From: an uncultured Bifidobacteriaceae bacterium
GTDB taxonomy: Bacteria > Verrucomicrobiota > Verrucomicrobiia > Limisphaerales > JADLHS01
DNA: 64,000 nt
Direction: 5' to 3'
NCBI GenBank assembly: GCA_964458575.1
Contig: CAYWMD010000027.1
Coordinates: 20,642-84,641 of the forward strand
The translations under genes and the position numbers were made by a program. The notes under the pieces were generated by a model. The model made no database searches, was not told the origin of the DNA, and saw only the letters and a program-made list of their open reading frames with translations. Positions 1 to 12,996 of the stretch are shown here, one piece after another. Position 1 is the first letter of the stretch; each line of letters starts with the position of its first letter.

Positions 1-1333
1 CCTGCCGGATCGTGGCGAGCCCGTTCGTTATCTGGTGGATGCGACGTCGCTGCCGGCGGGGATTTCACAGGCGCAGGCCCTGGCGGCGGTCAGCAACGCC
101 ATGTCCGCCTGGGCGGCGGCCAGCAGTTTCCGATTTGCCTTCGCGGGAACGCAGAGTTTTGGCATGAACGCGGTGAACATCACCAACAGTGACGGCTGCG
201 TTCGCATTCAACTCCACGACAACTACAATTACATTTCGACCAGTAACGTCCTGGGCATCGGCGGCAGTTGGCGCGTCGGCCCATTGTTGACGGACGCGAA
301 CTGGGGCATGGGTGGTCGGATCGCGGGCATGGAATTCAACGTCAGTGTGAATGGCTACGTGATCCTCGAACGCACCAACACCGCGATGCAAAACCTGTCC
401 ACGTTCACCGAGGTCCTGACGCACGAGATTGGTCACGTTCTGGGCCTGGCCCATTCGAGCAATGTTGCCACGAACGACACGACGCTCACCAATTCGACCA
501 TGTACTACCTCGCTCACGCGGACGGTCGTGGCGCCGCCTTGAACAGCTACGACACCAACGTCATCCGGCTGTTGCACCCGACCAACACCCCGCCTTGGAC
601 ATTCGACCGGGTCATGGACGTGACGACGGCGCCCGCGGCCATCAACGTTGGCGGCATCAATGAACTGGAGTTTCGTGGTTACGATTTGCAAACGGCGAAC
701 GTCACCCTGAGTACCAACGGTCAGTCCACGAACAACGGTGCCTTCACGCTCGTGGCCAGCAAGCTCAAGTACACCCCGCGTGCTTATTTCGGCGACTCGG
801 CGCGTAATGACCCCGATCTCAGCGGTGACAGTTACAGTTTCAAGGACGTGATTTACGCCCGCTATTCCGATGGCACCAATTACTCCCCGTTTGGAATTAT
901 TCGCGTCGTATCGTTCCGGGGCGAAGCCACGGCCACCCCCGATGGCATTCCTGATTATTGGATGCTGAATTATTTTGGCCACGCGAATCCACAGGCGGCC
1001 GATCTCTCGCGGGCGACGGACGATGCCGATGGCGATCGTCTGACGAATCTTCAGGAATACCTCGCCGGAACAAACCCGAAACTTGCCACCTCGGCCCAAC
1101 GCATCACGTCCGTGGCGCCGGGCACGATACAATTTCAAGCCAAGGCCTACGATCTTTACGAGGTTTTGGGTTCGACCAATCTCACCACTTGGACGCGCGT
1201 GACCGCCTTCGAGCCAACCAACGCATCTTACGAAGTGAGAACCACTCTCCCGCAGACCAATATCACCGCCACCATTTCCAACCTGCCGACTTCGGGCCCG
1301 CGCATGTTCTTCCGGGTATTGAAGGTGCCGTAA
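1..1333 (+). CDS. Secreted zinc metalloprotease, metzincin/matrixin-like (5' end outside window)
   Basis: Extended zinc-binding motif HEIGHVLGLAHS (HExxHxxGxxH) followed by a Met-turn-like STMYY. C-terminal Asp-rich Ca-binding-like motif DDADGDRLTNLQEY. ORF is open to the window edge. Confidence 0.7.
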   Translation, partial: LPDRGEPVRYLVDATSLPAGISQAQALAAVSNAMSAWAAASSFRFAFAGTQSFGMNAVNITNSDGCVRIQLHDNYNYISTSNVLGIGGSWRVGPLLTDANWGMGGRIAGMEFNVSVNGYVILERTNTAMQNLSTFTEVLTHEIGHVLGLAHSSNVATNDTTLTNSTMYYLAHADGRGAALNSYDTNVIRLLHPTNTPPWTFDRVMDVTTAPAAINVGGINELEFRGYDLQTANVTLSTNGQSTNNGAFTLVASKLKYTPRAYFGDSARNDPDLSGDSYSFKDVIYARYSDGTNYSPFGIIRVVSFRGEATATPDGIPDYWMLNYFGHANPQAADLSRATDDADGDRLTNLQEYLAGTNPKLATSAQRITSVAPGTIQFQAKAYDLYEVLGSTNLTTWTRVTAFEPTNASYEVRTTLPQTNITATISNLPTSGPRMFFRVLKVP

Positions 1334-1367
1334 ACCGGTCCGGCAAATCGCGCGCGCCCGGCTGAGT

Positions 1368-3050
1368 TCACCAATCGCGCACGTTTCCGCCGGCCCGCGG
1401 ATCCGCCGCGCCGGCGAATCCTTTGTTGTCGGCCGTCCGCGCGACGATTTGCGACACCGCCATGGACGACACGGTTCGCACCGGGTGCCCGCGTTGCGAC
1501 AGGGCCGCTTGCAGGTGCGCCGGCAGCGTTTGCTCCACCGCCAATTCATCCGGCAGCCATTGATGATGAATCCGCGGCGCCGCGACAGCTTCGGCGGGGC
1601 TTAGGCCCAGATCCAGCAGACAAACCAGTTCCATCAAAACCGTGCTGATGATCCGCGGTCCGCCCGCCGCTCCCAGCGCAAGCACGGGTTTGCCGTCACG
1701 CAATACGATGGTTGGAGTCATGGACGACAAGGGCCGCTTGCGGGGCGCAACGGCATTGGCTTCCGCGCCGACCAGACCGAAATAATTCTTCGCCCCGGCT
1801 TGGGCCGAGAAATCGTCCATCTCGTTGTTCATCACCACGCCCGTGCCTGGTATCACGACCTTCGACCCGAAACTGGTGTTGACCGTGGCGGTGCAGGCAA
1901 CCCAGTTGCCGGCGGCGTCGGCCACCGAGAAGTGGGTTGTGTGCTTCTTGAAAACGTCGGTCTTCCATCCTGCCGGGGTGCCGTGCGTGGTGACTTCGAT
2001 CGCGTGCTGCGGGTTGATTCGAGCGGTGAGCGACGCGGCGTACGCTTTTGACACTAACCCACGTGGCACCCTGGCAAAATCCGGATCCCCAAGCCAATAC
2101 GCCCGGTCCGCAAATGCCAGCTTCATCGCCTCGGCCATCAAGTGCAGCCGCGTCACGTCGTCGGCCGATTTCAGGTCGAAGGGTTCGAGGATGTTCAACA
2201 TCTGTGCCACATGGACGCCCCCCGAACTGGGCGGCGGGAACGTGATCACCTCGTAGTCTCGATAGGTCGTGGTGATGGGTCTCCGCAGTCGGATGCGGTA
2301 TTGGGCGAAGTCGGCGGCGTTCAGAATGCCCCCATTGGCCTTCATCCACTTTTCGACGGCTTGGGCGAACGGGCCGCGATAAAACCACTTGCCTCCCTGC
2401 TTGGCGATGTGGCGGTACGTCCGGGCGAGATCGGCCTGTTTGAGAATGTCCCCGGCTGCCAGTGGTTGGTGGTTACGGAAAAACACGGCGCGCGACGACT
2501 CGAACTGCGCGATGTCCGCGGATTCTTCCTTGAGCCGTTTGGCGTAACTCGCGCTGATGGCAAAGCCATCCTCAGCGATTTGTGCCGCCGGCAAAATCAA
2601 ATCGCCGAGTTTCCGCCGGCCGAATTTCCTCACGGCGTATTCAAACGCGGCCAGTTCGCCCGGAACACCGCTGGCCAGCGCGCCGGTCTGGCTGAGCGTC
2701 GCGTCGGCCACGCCATTGCGAACAAACATATCCCGCGTCGCTGCGCCCGGCGCCATCTCCCGTCCGTCAATCGCGACCAGCTTCCCGTTCGCGAGCCGGA
2801 TGAGCAGAAAGCATCCGCCGCCGATGCCGGCGTCGGCCCCATCCACCACACCGAGCGTCAGCCCGACCGCGACGGCGGCGTCAATCGCGTTGCCGCCGGC
2901 TTTCAAGACGTTGAGCCCGGCTTCGGTCGCCAGCGGGTGCACGGATGCCACGACTCCATGCACATTTTCGGCGGTGGCCGGCTGGCTGACCAACCGGCCC
3001 AGCAGGAGACAGAGGGCCAACAGGTGTACTTGGCGGGGCACGGCAATCAT
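1368..3050 (-). CDS. ggt: Gamma-glutamyltranspeptidase
   Basis: 560 aa with N-terminal signal peptide. GGT hallmarks are the TTHFSVADAAGNWVACTATVNTSFGSKVVIPGTGVVMNNEMDDF autoprocessing Thr region and the GGPRIIS C-terminal motif. Confidence 0.9.
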   Translation of the reverse strand: MIAVPRQVHLLALCLLLGRLVSQPATAENVHGVVASVHPLATEAGLNVLKAGGNAIDAAVAVGLTLGVVDGADAGIGGGCFLLIRLANGKLVAIDGREMAPGAATRDMFVRNGVADATLSQTGALASGVPGELAAFEYAVRKFGRRKLGDLILPAAQIAEDGFAISASYAKRLKEESADIAQFESSRAVFFRNHQPLAAGDILKQADLARTYRHIAKQGGKWFYRGPFAQAVEKWMKANGGILNAADFAQYRIRLRRPITTTYRDYEVITFPPPSSGGVHVAQMLNILEPFDLKSADDVTRLHLMAEAMKLAFADRAYWLGDPDFARVPRGLVSKAYAASLTARINPQHAIEVTTHGTPAGWKTDVFKKHTTHFSVADAAGNWVACTATVNTSFGSKVVIPGTGVVMNNEMDDFSAQAGAKNYFGLVGAEANAVAPRKRPLSSMTPTIVLRDGKPVLALGAAGGPRIISTVLMELVCLLDLGLSPAEAVAAPRIHHQWLPDELAVEQTLPAHLQAALSQRGHPVRTVSSMAVSQIVARTADNKGFAGAADPRAGGNVRDW

Positions 3051-3181
3051 GTCAGCACGCGGGCGCGGGTTGGAACGACGGATTCACGTGCCTTGAGATG
3101 CGATTTACGGGGCCGCTTGTCAAATTCTCCGTGACGCGGCTCGGACTCCGTCAAATTTCGGACAAGAATGAGATTGAATAA

Positions 3182-6832
<3,651 letters not shown>

Positions 6833-6966
6833 GGCGGCGAAAAAAGGCCCGGGCACTCCGCTTCCCCTCCAATCTCACCGCGAGCCACAGTGGTGCGCCG
6901 TGGCGAGTCCCTGCTCTGGTTTGCGCCGTTCGCCCCAGAATGTGTCCCGGCGCCTTCGGGGCTGGA

Positions 6967-8787
6967 TCAATCTTGCGCGGTCTCTTCCATCTCCAAAAAA
7001 CCGTGAAGCTGCCGCAGCCGGGTGGGATGCCGCATCTTGCGCAAGGCCTTGGCTTCAATCTGGCGAATGCGTTCGCGGGTGACGCGAAACTGCCGGCCCA
7101 CTTCCTCCAGCGTCCGCGCGCAACCGTCCCCCAGGCCAAACCGCAATTCGAGCACCTTGCGCTCGCGCGCCGTGAGGCTGCATAACACCTCACCCAACTT
7201 GTCCTTCAACAAGCTGAAGCTCGTGATGTCCAGCGGATTCTCGGCGCCCTTGTCCTCGATGAAATCGCCGAAACTGGCGTCTTCGCCATCGCCGACGACT
7301 GATTGGAGGGAGATGGGTTGCTGCGCCATCTTCAAGACGGCCCGGACGCGTTCCACCGGCATTTCCATCTCCTCGGCGATTTCCTCGGCCGCCGGTTCGC
7401 GGCCAAAGTCCTGCAGCAACCGTTTCTGCGTGCGCATGAGCTTGTTGATCGTGTCAATCATGTGCACGGGAATGCGGATGGTGCGCGCCTGATCCGCGAT
7501 GGAGCGGGCGATGGCCTGGCGGATCCACCACGTGCCGTAGGTGGAGAATTTGTAGCCGCGGCGGTATTCGAACTTCTCGACCGCTTTCATCAGGCCCATG
7601 TTGCCTTCCTGGATCAGGTCGAGGAACGACAGGCCGCGATTGGCGTAATGCTTGGCAATGGAGATGACCAGGCGCAGGTTGGCCTCCACCATTTCGGTCT
7701 TGGCCTGGTTGGCGAGCGCGACGAAGTGTTTGAGCCGTTCGTACATTTTGAAGTACGCCTTGTGGGGCTTGCGCACGAATCGCTCCAGCGTCTGGAGTTT
7801 CTCGGCCTCGGCTTGAACCTCCACCGGCAGCGGGGCGGTTTTGGATTGCCGCTTGCCATCGCAAATCTGGCGCAGGGCGGACTGGAGCCGGTCGTGAATA
7901 TTTTCGGCCACCAGGGTCATTTCCTCAATGACCTTCTGCTTGAAAGCGAACCGGTGGAAGTTCTGTTGAAGCTTTTCCTCCGCCCGGGCCAGCGCGGCCG
8001 CCGCCCGTTTGATGCCCGATTTGGTCTGGGCTTTTTCCAGGGTGGCATACTTCTCATCCACCGCGCGGTCCAGTTCGTGCACGAGGGGGATGAGCTGGCG
8101 CAATTCGCGCAAATGCCGGTCGCGGTTGTCCACCTTCTTCTCGAGAATGACACGGTCGAAGCGTTCCTTGGGCGGCTTGGCCACGAGTTTCTCGGCCAGG
8201 GCAACATGCTCCTTGGCCGCGAAGCCCAGGTTGTAAATGATTTTCACGATTTCCGCCTCGGCGCTTTCAATCCGCCGGGAAATCTCCACTTCCTGATCGC
8301 GCGTGAGCAGGGGCACCTGCCCCATCTGTTTCAGATACATGCGCACCGGATCGTCCAGGCCATCCAACCGGGATCGGTCATGGCCCTCTTCCGACTCGGC
8401 CGCCTTGGTGCGGTCCACTTCCGCCTGATCCACCAACTCAATTTCCAGGTTGTGGAGCTTGACGAGTATCTCCTCGCGTTCCGCCGGCAAGACCTGAAAA
8501 TCGCTCAGGGCTTCATTGATGTCGCCGTGGCTGAGGCAACCTTGTTCGCGCGCCAGTTGGATCAGTTCCTTGACCTTCTGGGCCAGTTCGCCACGGGTGA
8601 GCCGGGGCAGATCCACTGCGGGCCCGGCCGGCGACGACCGGGTGGCGCGCACCGTCCGCGCGGATGCGCCATTGCGGGACCAACCCGGCCGGCGGGTTCG
8701 GGGCGAAGTCGCCCGCGTGGCCGTGACGCGACGCGCCCCCTGAACTCTGGGTACTTCTGGGGAACGCCGATCCTTCGACTTAGGCAT
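6967..8787 (-). CDS. rpoD: RNA polymerase sigma-70 factor RpoD
   Basis: Region 2 [73 protein letters not shown]. Region 4 [30 protein letters not shown]. Long acidic/non-conserved region 1.1-1.2 spacer. Confidence 0.95.
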   Translation of the reverse strand: MPKSKDRRSPEVPRVQGARRVTATRATSPRTRRPGWSRNGASARTVRATRSSPAGPAVDLPRLTRGELAQKVKELIQLAREQGCLSHGDINEALSDFQVLPAEREEILVKLHNLEIELVDQAEVDRTKAAESEEGHDRSRLDGLDDPVRMYLKQMGQVPLLTRDQEVEISRRIESAEAEIVKIIYNLGFAAKEHVALAEKLVAKPPKERFDRVILEKKVDNRDRHLRELRQLIPLVHELDRAVDEKYATLEKAQTKSGIKRAAAALARAEEKLQQNFHRFAFKQKVIEEMTLVAENIHDRLQSALRQICDGKRQSKTAPLPVEVQAEAEKLQTLERFVRKPHKAYFKMYERLKHFVALANQAKTEMVEANLRLVISIAKHYANRGLSFLDLIQEGNMGLMKAVEKFEYRRGYKFSTYGTWWIRQAIARSIADQARTIRIPVHMIDTINKLMRTQKRLLQDFGREPAAEEIAEEMEMPVERVRAVLKMAQQPISLQSVVGDGEDASFGDFIEDKGAENPLDITSFSLLKDKLGEVLCSLTARERKVLELRFGLGDGCARTLEEVGRQFRVTRERIRQIEAKALRKMRHPTRLRQLHGFLEMEETAQD

Positions 8788-8999
8788 AACTACTCAATAC
8801 GCAAGTTGCACCGCATTGAAATTGGGATAGCAATATGCTGAGCGCGCACCCGACTCGTCAAGGGAGGAAAAAACTTTTTTTGTCGGATGAAATCCGGAGT
8901 GGCGGATCGCAAGCCGCCGCGCGAATGGCGGCATGAATATCTCATCGCCGGCGGGGAAGCGCAGGGGACATTTGTGGCGAGGCACGGCGTGAATAAAAT

Positions 9000-11012
9000 T
9001 CATTTGGCTGCTTCCGCCCTCTTGATTTCCTCCAGGCTGGCGCGGAGGCCGGTCTGGTCGGGATATTTCTTGAGCAATTCCTCCGTCAAGCGGCGGGCGC
9101 GCGGCCAGTCCTGGTCGGCGATGGCTTTTCGCGCCAGATATTCCCTGGCCTCATCCGAGGTCGTTTCGATCCCCGCGTATAGCTTGTCCGCCGCTGCTGC
9201 ATCGCCCTGCTGCAGCGCGATGCGCGCGAGCAATTCCTGTCCCGCCGTGCTGTGTTCGAGCCGGGGTTGGGCCGTGACCGCCGCCCGGGCCTCGTCGGGG
9301 TGTTTGAGACGGAGTTGCGTTTCGGCAATCGCCCGCGCCGCGTACATGCCTTCCTCGGAATCCTTGGCCGCCAGCGGCGTCAATTTGTTCATCGCTTCGG
9401 CGATCCGCCCGTCAGCGATGAGCATGTCGGCGGTGAACAAATCCAACATGGGCGTTGGCGCCTGCCGGGCGGCGAATTCAAGGGCGTTGGCATTCCCGCG
9501 GTTGAAGCGCCGGGCCTGGGTCAAACCGAACGCCACCCAGGTGGGGAATCCGTCCGGAATCACCTCCTGCCGGGCCAATTGCAGCGCCGCCTCCGCCCAT
9601 CCCGCCGCGAGGAATACCGCCGCAAAGGCGTCCGGACTGCGCAGGAGTAGCGCCGTGTTTTCCGGCATGGGTTGCCCCGGTTCTTTCGTCAGGGCATCGA
9701 GCAATTCAAAAAGCTGGTGACGGGTTCGGGGCGGCGACTTGCTCAACGGCAGGTTCACGTCCGGCGGAAATTTCACCTCGCCGCTTTTGCGGAAATTCAG
9801 CACGCGCAGCAGCGCGCTCTCCAGTTCGAGATTGTAAGAGCTCGGCCGGAAGCGGTTTGACACGAGCAGTTTCAGCGCGTCCTCCTCGCGGCCCGCCTGG
9901 AGCGTCGCCAGCAAGCGCAGCCAGAACGTTTCCTGAAAGACTTCCTCATAGCGGCGCGGCGGGAGCCGGTTGAAAGCCGCCTCTTCCCAGAACGTGCCTG
10001 GGGGCAGCAGCTTCAGGTAGCGAACAAACGGCTCGAACAGCCCCGGGGGCGGCTCGACCGCCGTCCAGTCGAACTGGATCGTGCGCGCCACCCGCGTCCA
10101 GAACAGCGCCCGCACCCACATTGAATCGGTGGCGGTGATGTGCACCAGCCCACCGGCCCAGACGTACGCCGCCAGGTCGTAATTGCCGGTGCGTCGCAGG
10201 AATTCGGCCAATTGGTCGCGGAAGTAGGCATTGTTGGTGTTGGCGCCAAACGCGGCGTTGTACTCGGCGTTGGCGGCAGACAACGAACCGGCGCGTTCGA
10301 ACATGCGCCCACGTTGCAGACGAACCTCCGGGTTGCGCGGGTCCAGGCTGACCGCTTGTTCCAGATATTTCGCGGCCGTCCCGGGATCCTCTGACAGGCG
10401 GACCATCGCCAGCCGCATGAGCCGACCACTGTCCGCGGCGCCGGGGAAGGATCGTGACTGCAACTGCTGGATCGCTTCGTTCCGTTTGCCCCGCAGCAGC
10501 AGCGCATCCACGTCCACTTCAAACCAGGGCGCCGGCGAGGTCTCGCGCTTGCGCCACGCCTCGCGCAGCTTGTCGAACCGTTCGAAGTCCCCGACCCGCA
10601 GAAGCGCGCGGCATACCTGGAGCGACGCCGGTTCCTGGTTCTCGATGGCGGCGGGAACCCGATGATAGATCGTCAACAGGCGCGGGCCATCACCCGTTTG
10701 CGCCAACGCCGCGGCTTCCAGGGCCAGCCACACCCGGCGCAGTCGCTCCGACTGCTTTTTGACGGTGCGATTTCGAACTTGGATGAAGATCAAGGCCTCC
10801 TCGCCCCGGCCTTGCGCAATGAGTTTCTCCACGTGCTCGCGCTCGGCCCGGGCGGTGTCCACCCCCTCCTGCCAGGACATCATGATCAATCCCAAAATCA
10901 CGCAGCCAGCCGCCAGGGCGGCCACGACCATCCACCACCGTGGTGAACGGGCAACGCCGGCAACATTATTGGCAACGGGGGTTTTGATGATCGGATTCTG
11001 GCGCAATTCCAT
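9000..11012 (-). CDS. TPR-repeat protein with N-terminal transmembrane anchor
   Basis: N-terminal hydrophobic helix WWMVVAALAAGCVILGLIMM followed by many Ala/Leu-rich 34-residue TPR-like repeats. No enzymatic motifs. Confidence 0.65.
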   Translation of the reverse strand: MELRQNPIIKTPVANNVAGVARSPRWWMVVAALAAGCVILGLIMMSWQEGVDTARAEREHVEKLIAQGRGEEALIFIQVRNRTVKKQSERLRRVWLALEAAALAQTGDGPRLLTIYHRVPAAIENQEPASLQVCRALLRVGDFERFDKLREAWRKRETSPAPWFEVDVDALLLRGKRNEAIQQLQSRSFPGAADSGRLMRLAMVRLSEDPGTAAKYLEQAVSLDPRNPEVRLQRGRMFERAGSLSAANAEYNAAFGANTNNAYFRDQLAEFLRRTGNYDLAAYVWAGGLVHITATDSMWVRALFWTRVARTIQFDWTAVEPPPGLFEPFVRYLKLLPPGTFWEEAAFNRLPPRRYEEVFQETFWLRLLATLQAGREEDALKLLVSNRFRPSSYNLELESALLRVLNFRKSGEVKFPPDVNLPLSKSPPRTRHQLFELLDALTKEPGQPMPENTALLLRSPDAFAAVFLAAGWAEAALQLARQEVIPDGFPTWVAFGLTQARRFNRGNANALEFAARQAPTPMLDLFTADMLIADGRIAEAMNKLTPLAAKDSEEGMYAARAIAETQLRLKHPDEARAAVTAQPRLEHSTAGQELLARIALQQGDAAAADKLYAGIETTSDEAREYLARKAIADQDWPRARRLTEELLKKYPDQTGLRASLEEIKRAEAAK

Positions 11013-11033
11013 TTGTCCGCAAGCGTTTTGAAC

Positions 11034-11804
11034 TCATCCGCGCACCTCTAAAAATTTTATCACCGCGGCGACGACGGCGTCCGGTTGGTCGGCATGAACC
11101 CAGTGGCCGGCCCCGCTGATGGTGCAAAACTCCGCCCGCGGAAACAGCCCGCGGATCAGCGTTTCGTCGGACGCGGGAACAAAATCAGAACGATCGCCGC
11201 GGAGGAACAAGGCCGGTCGGTCGCATGATTGCTCGCCGGTCACGGCCGCGGTGAGCCGCTCGTAATTTTCCCATAGCCCGCGCACGTTGGACTTCCATCG
11301 AAAGCCCCCCGCCGCGTCGCGACCGGCGTTTTTGAGCAAAAACCGGCGCACCTCGAGGTCCTCCACGGATTTCGCCAGTTCGACATCGAGCTGGTCACGG
11401 CGCTGAAAACGGTGCAGGTCCAGCGCGAGCAAGGCCGCGAGCGTGCGTTTGTGGCGCGGCGGATACGCCCGCGGTGACATGTCCACCACGACCAGTTTCT
11501 GCACGCGGTCGGGATGCCACAGCGCGAATTGCATCGCCACCTTCCCCCCCATCGAGTGGCCGAGCAGATGGGCGCGGGACAGGTTGTGCGTCCGCATGAA
11601 CTCTTCCAGATCGGCTGCCATGGCATCATAACTCACGTCATCGTGATGCGGTGACTGACCGTGGTTGCGCAGGTCCACGGCGAACACCTCGAACTGCTCC
11701 GCAAACCGGCGGGCCAGGGGTTGCCAGTTGTCCAACGACCCGAGCAAGCCGTGCAAAACGATCAACGGCTCGCCCTCGCCCAGTTTGCGGAAATGAAGCT
11801 TCAT
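11034..11804 (-). CDS. Alpha/beta-fold hydrolase (esterase YbfF-like)
   Basis: LIVLHGLLGSLDNW and nucleophile elbow GHSMGG. Size is 256 aa. Immediately upstream of the TPR gene on the same strand. Confidence 0.8.
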   Translation of the reverse strand: MKLHFRKLGEGEPLIVLHGLLGSLDNWQPLARRFAEQFEVFAVDLRNHGQSPHHDDVSYDAMAADLEEFMRTHNLSRAHLLGHSMGGKVAMQFALWHPDRVQKLVVVDMSPRAYPPRHKRTLAALLALDLHRFQRRDQLDVELAKSVEDLEVRRFLLKNAGRDAAGGFRWKSNVRGLWENYERLTAAVTGEQSCDRPALFLRGDRSDFVPASDETLIRGLFPRAEFCTISGAGHWVHADQPDAVVAAVIKFLEVRG

Positions 11805-11929
11805 CGGGCTAAACGACCGTGGCTGCGTTCGTCAGAACGCGGCAAAAGAACTTCCAAGCGCCCCGAACCATCTTTTCGATCGTCATTTTTCATTCTTCAT
11901 TTCCCGCGTTCCGCGACTATTCTCCCCAC

Positions 11930-12610
11930 ATGAATAATCATGGCGCCGGTTTCATCAAGGAAGACCCGTGGCGGATTTTCCGCATCATGGCCGAGTTCGT
12001 GGACTCGTTCGAGACGCTGTCCCGCATCAGCCCGGCGGTGACGATCTTCGGCTCGGCCCGGATGCCGCGCAAGAGCCAATGGTATCGTGCCGCCGAGATC
12101 CTGGGGCGTGAACTGGCCAGACACAACCTCACGGTCATCACCGGCGGCGGCCCCGGCATCATGGAGGCCGCCAACAAGGGCGCGGCGCTGGCCAAAGGCA
12201 AATCCGTGGGTCTCAACATCGAATTGCCCCACGAACAGGCAGGCAACCGTTACGCCAACGTGCCCATTCACTTTCACTACTTCTTCGCGCGCAAGGTGTG
12301 CTTCGCCAAATACAGCCTCGCGTTCGTGTTCATGCCCGGCGGCTTCGGCACACTGGACGAGTTTGCGGAGGTGATCACGCTGGTGCAAACGCAGCGCATC
12401 CCCAGGTTTCCGCTGATTCTGTTCGGCAAAAAATACTGGCGCGGCCTGCTCCGCTGGATGAAGTTGGATATGATGAAGCCCGGTTACATCGGAACGAACG
12501 ACCTCGACCTCGTGCAGGTCACCGACGACCCGCTGGAAGCCGTGAAAATCATTCTCGATTACGAGCGCGAGGTCGGCGCGCCGGAAACGATCCCCATGGC
12601 GTTCTCGTGA
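11930..12610 (+). CDS. LOG-family protein (cytokinin riboside 5'-monophosphate phosphoribohydrolase / PpnN-like nucleotide hydrolase)
   Basis: VTIFGSARMP ... TGGGPGIMEAANKGA ... PGGFGTLDEFAEVITLVQTQ (TIGR00730 signature). Start re-placed at the ATG at 11930 (MNNHGAG). The ORF-track start at 11819 overlaps the divergent hydrolase promoter region. Confidence 0.8.
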   Translation: MNNHGAGFIKEDPWRIFRIMAEFVDSFETLSRISPAVTIFGSARMPRKSQWYRAAEILGRELARHNLTVITGGGPGIMEAANKGAALAKGKSVGLNIELPHEQAGNRYANVPIHFHYFFARKVCFAKYSLAFVFMPGGFGTLDEFAEVITLVQTQRIPRFPLILFGKKYWRGLLRWMKLDMMKPGYIGTNDLDLVQVTDDPLEAVKIILDYEREVGAPETIPMAFS

Positions 12611-12984
12611 CCACGAACGTGCGCTGCGTAGGCCGGAACGAGTTGAGTCGCTGTCCATCGGACTCGACAAGCTGGATTACGTTCTTGCTGGCACTATGCG
12701 TCCTCGGCGGGGCGGCTGAATTGTTGTGGGGCGAAAGAATTTATGATTGGATGCGGCTGGGCCAGATCTCCCGCGAACGCGCCCGCATCATCCAGAGTTA
12801 CCAGCAAAACGCCGCCCAGGGGCTTGTCTCCAAACCCGCCGACGCGAACTCGATCGAGGTGTATCGCCCGGACAAGTCCTCCCCGCGCACCGCGATTCGC
12901 GTGCGAACCCAAGCGGGTGAGACAATCCAATATGAAGCCCTGCGGCCGGCCGGCAGCGCGACCACCAACTGGTCGTTTCGCTAA
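12607..12984 (+). CDS. Hypothetical small membrane protein (possible GTG start overlapping the LOG stop)
   Basis: Open frame after the LOG stop with a predicted TM helix WITFLLALCVLGGAAELLW and then a soluble tail. No homology recognised. Start codon and reality uncertain. Confidence 0.3.
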   Translation: MTTNVRCVGRNELSRCPSDSTSWITFLLALCVLGGAAELLWGERIYDWMRLGQISRERARIIQSYQQNAAQGLVSKPADANSIEVYRPDKSSPRTAIRVRTQAGETIQYEALRPAGSATTNWSFR

Positions 12985-12996
12985 TCGTCTCCCCAA

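Noticed and set aside
65-1549. 494-aa minus-strand ORF overlapping the metalloprotease gene
   Set aside because: It is antisense. The plus strand has the HExxHxxGxxH zinc site.
7303-8841. 512-aa plus-strand ORF opposite rpoD
   Set aside because: It is antisense to the sigma-70 conserved regions 2-4.
8850-8999. Terminator between the TPR gene and rpoD (ggcgg...ccgcc stem plus an A7/T6 run)
   Set aside because: The stem is short (5 bp) and the A-run/T-run is itself self-complementary. I could not define a convincing terminator.
8887-9720. 277-aa plus-strand ORF inside the TPR gene
   Set aside because: It is antisense to TPR repeats and Ser/Ala/Arg-rich without motifs.
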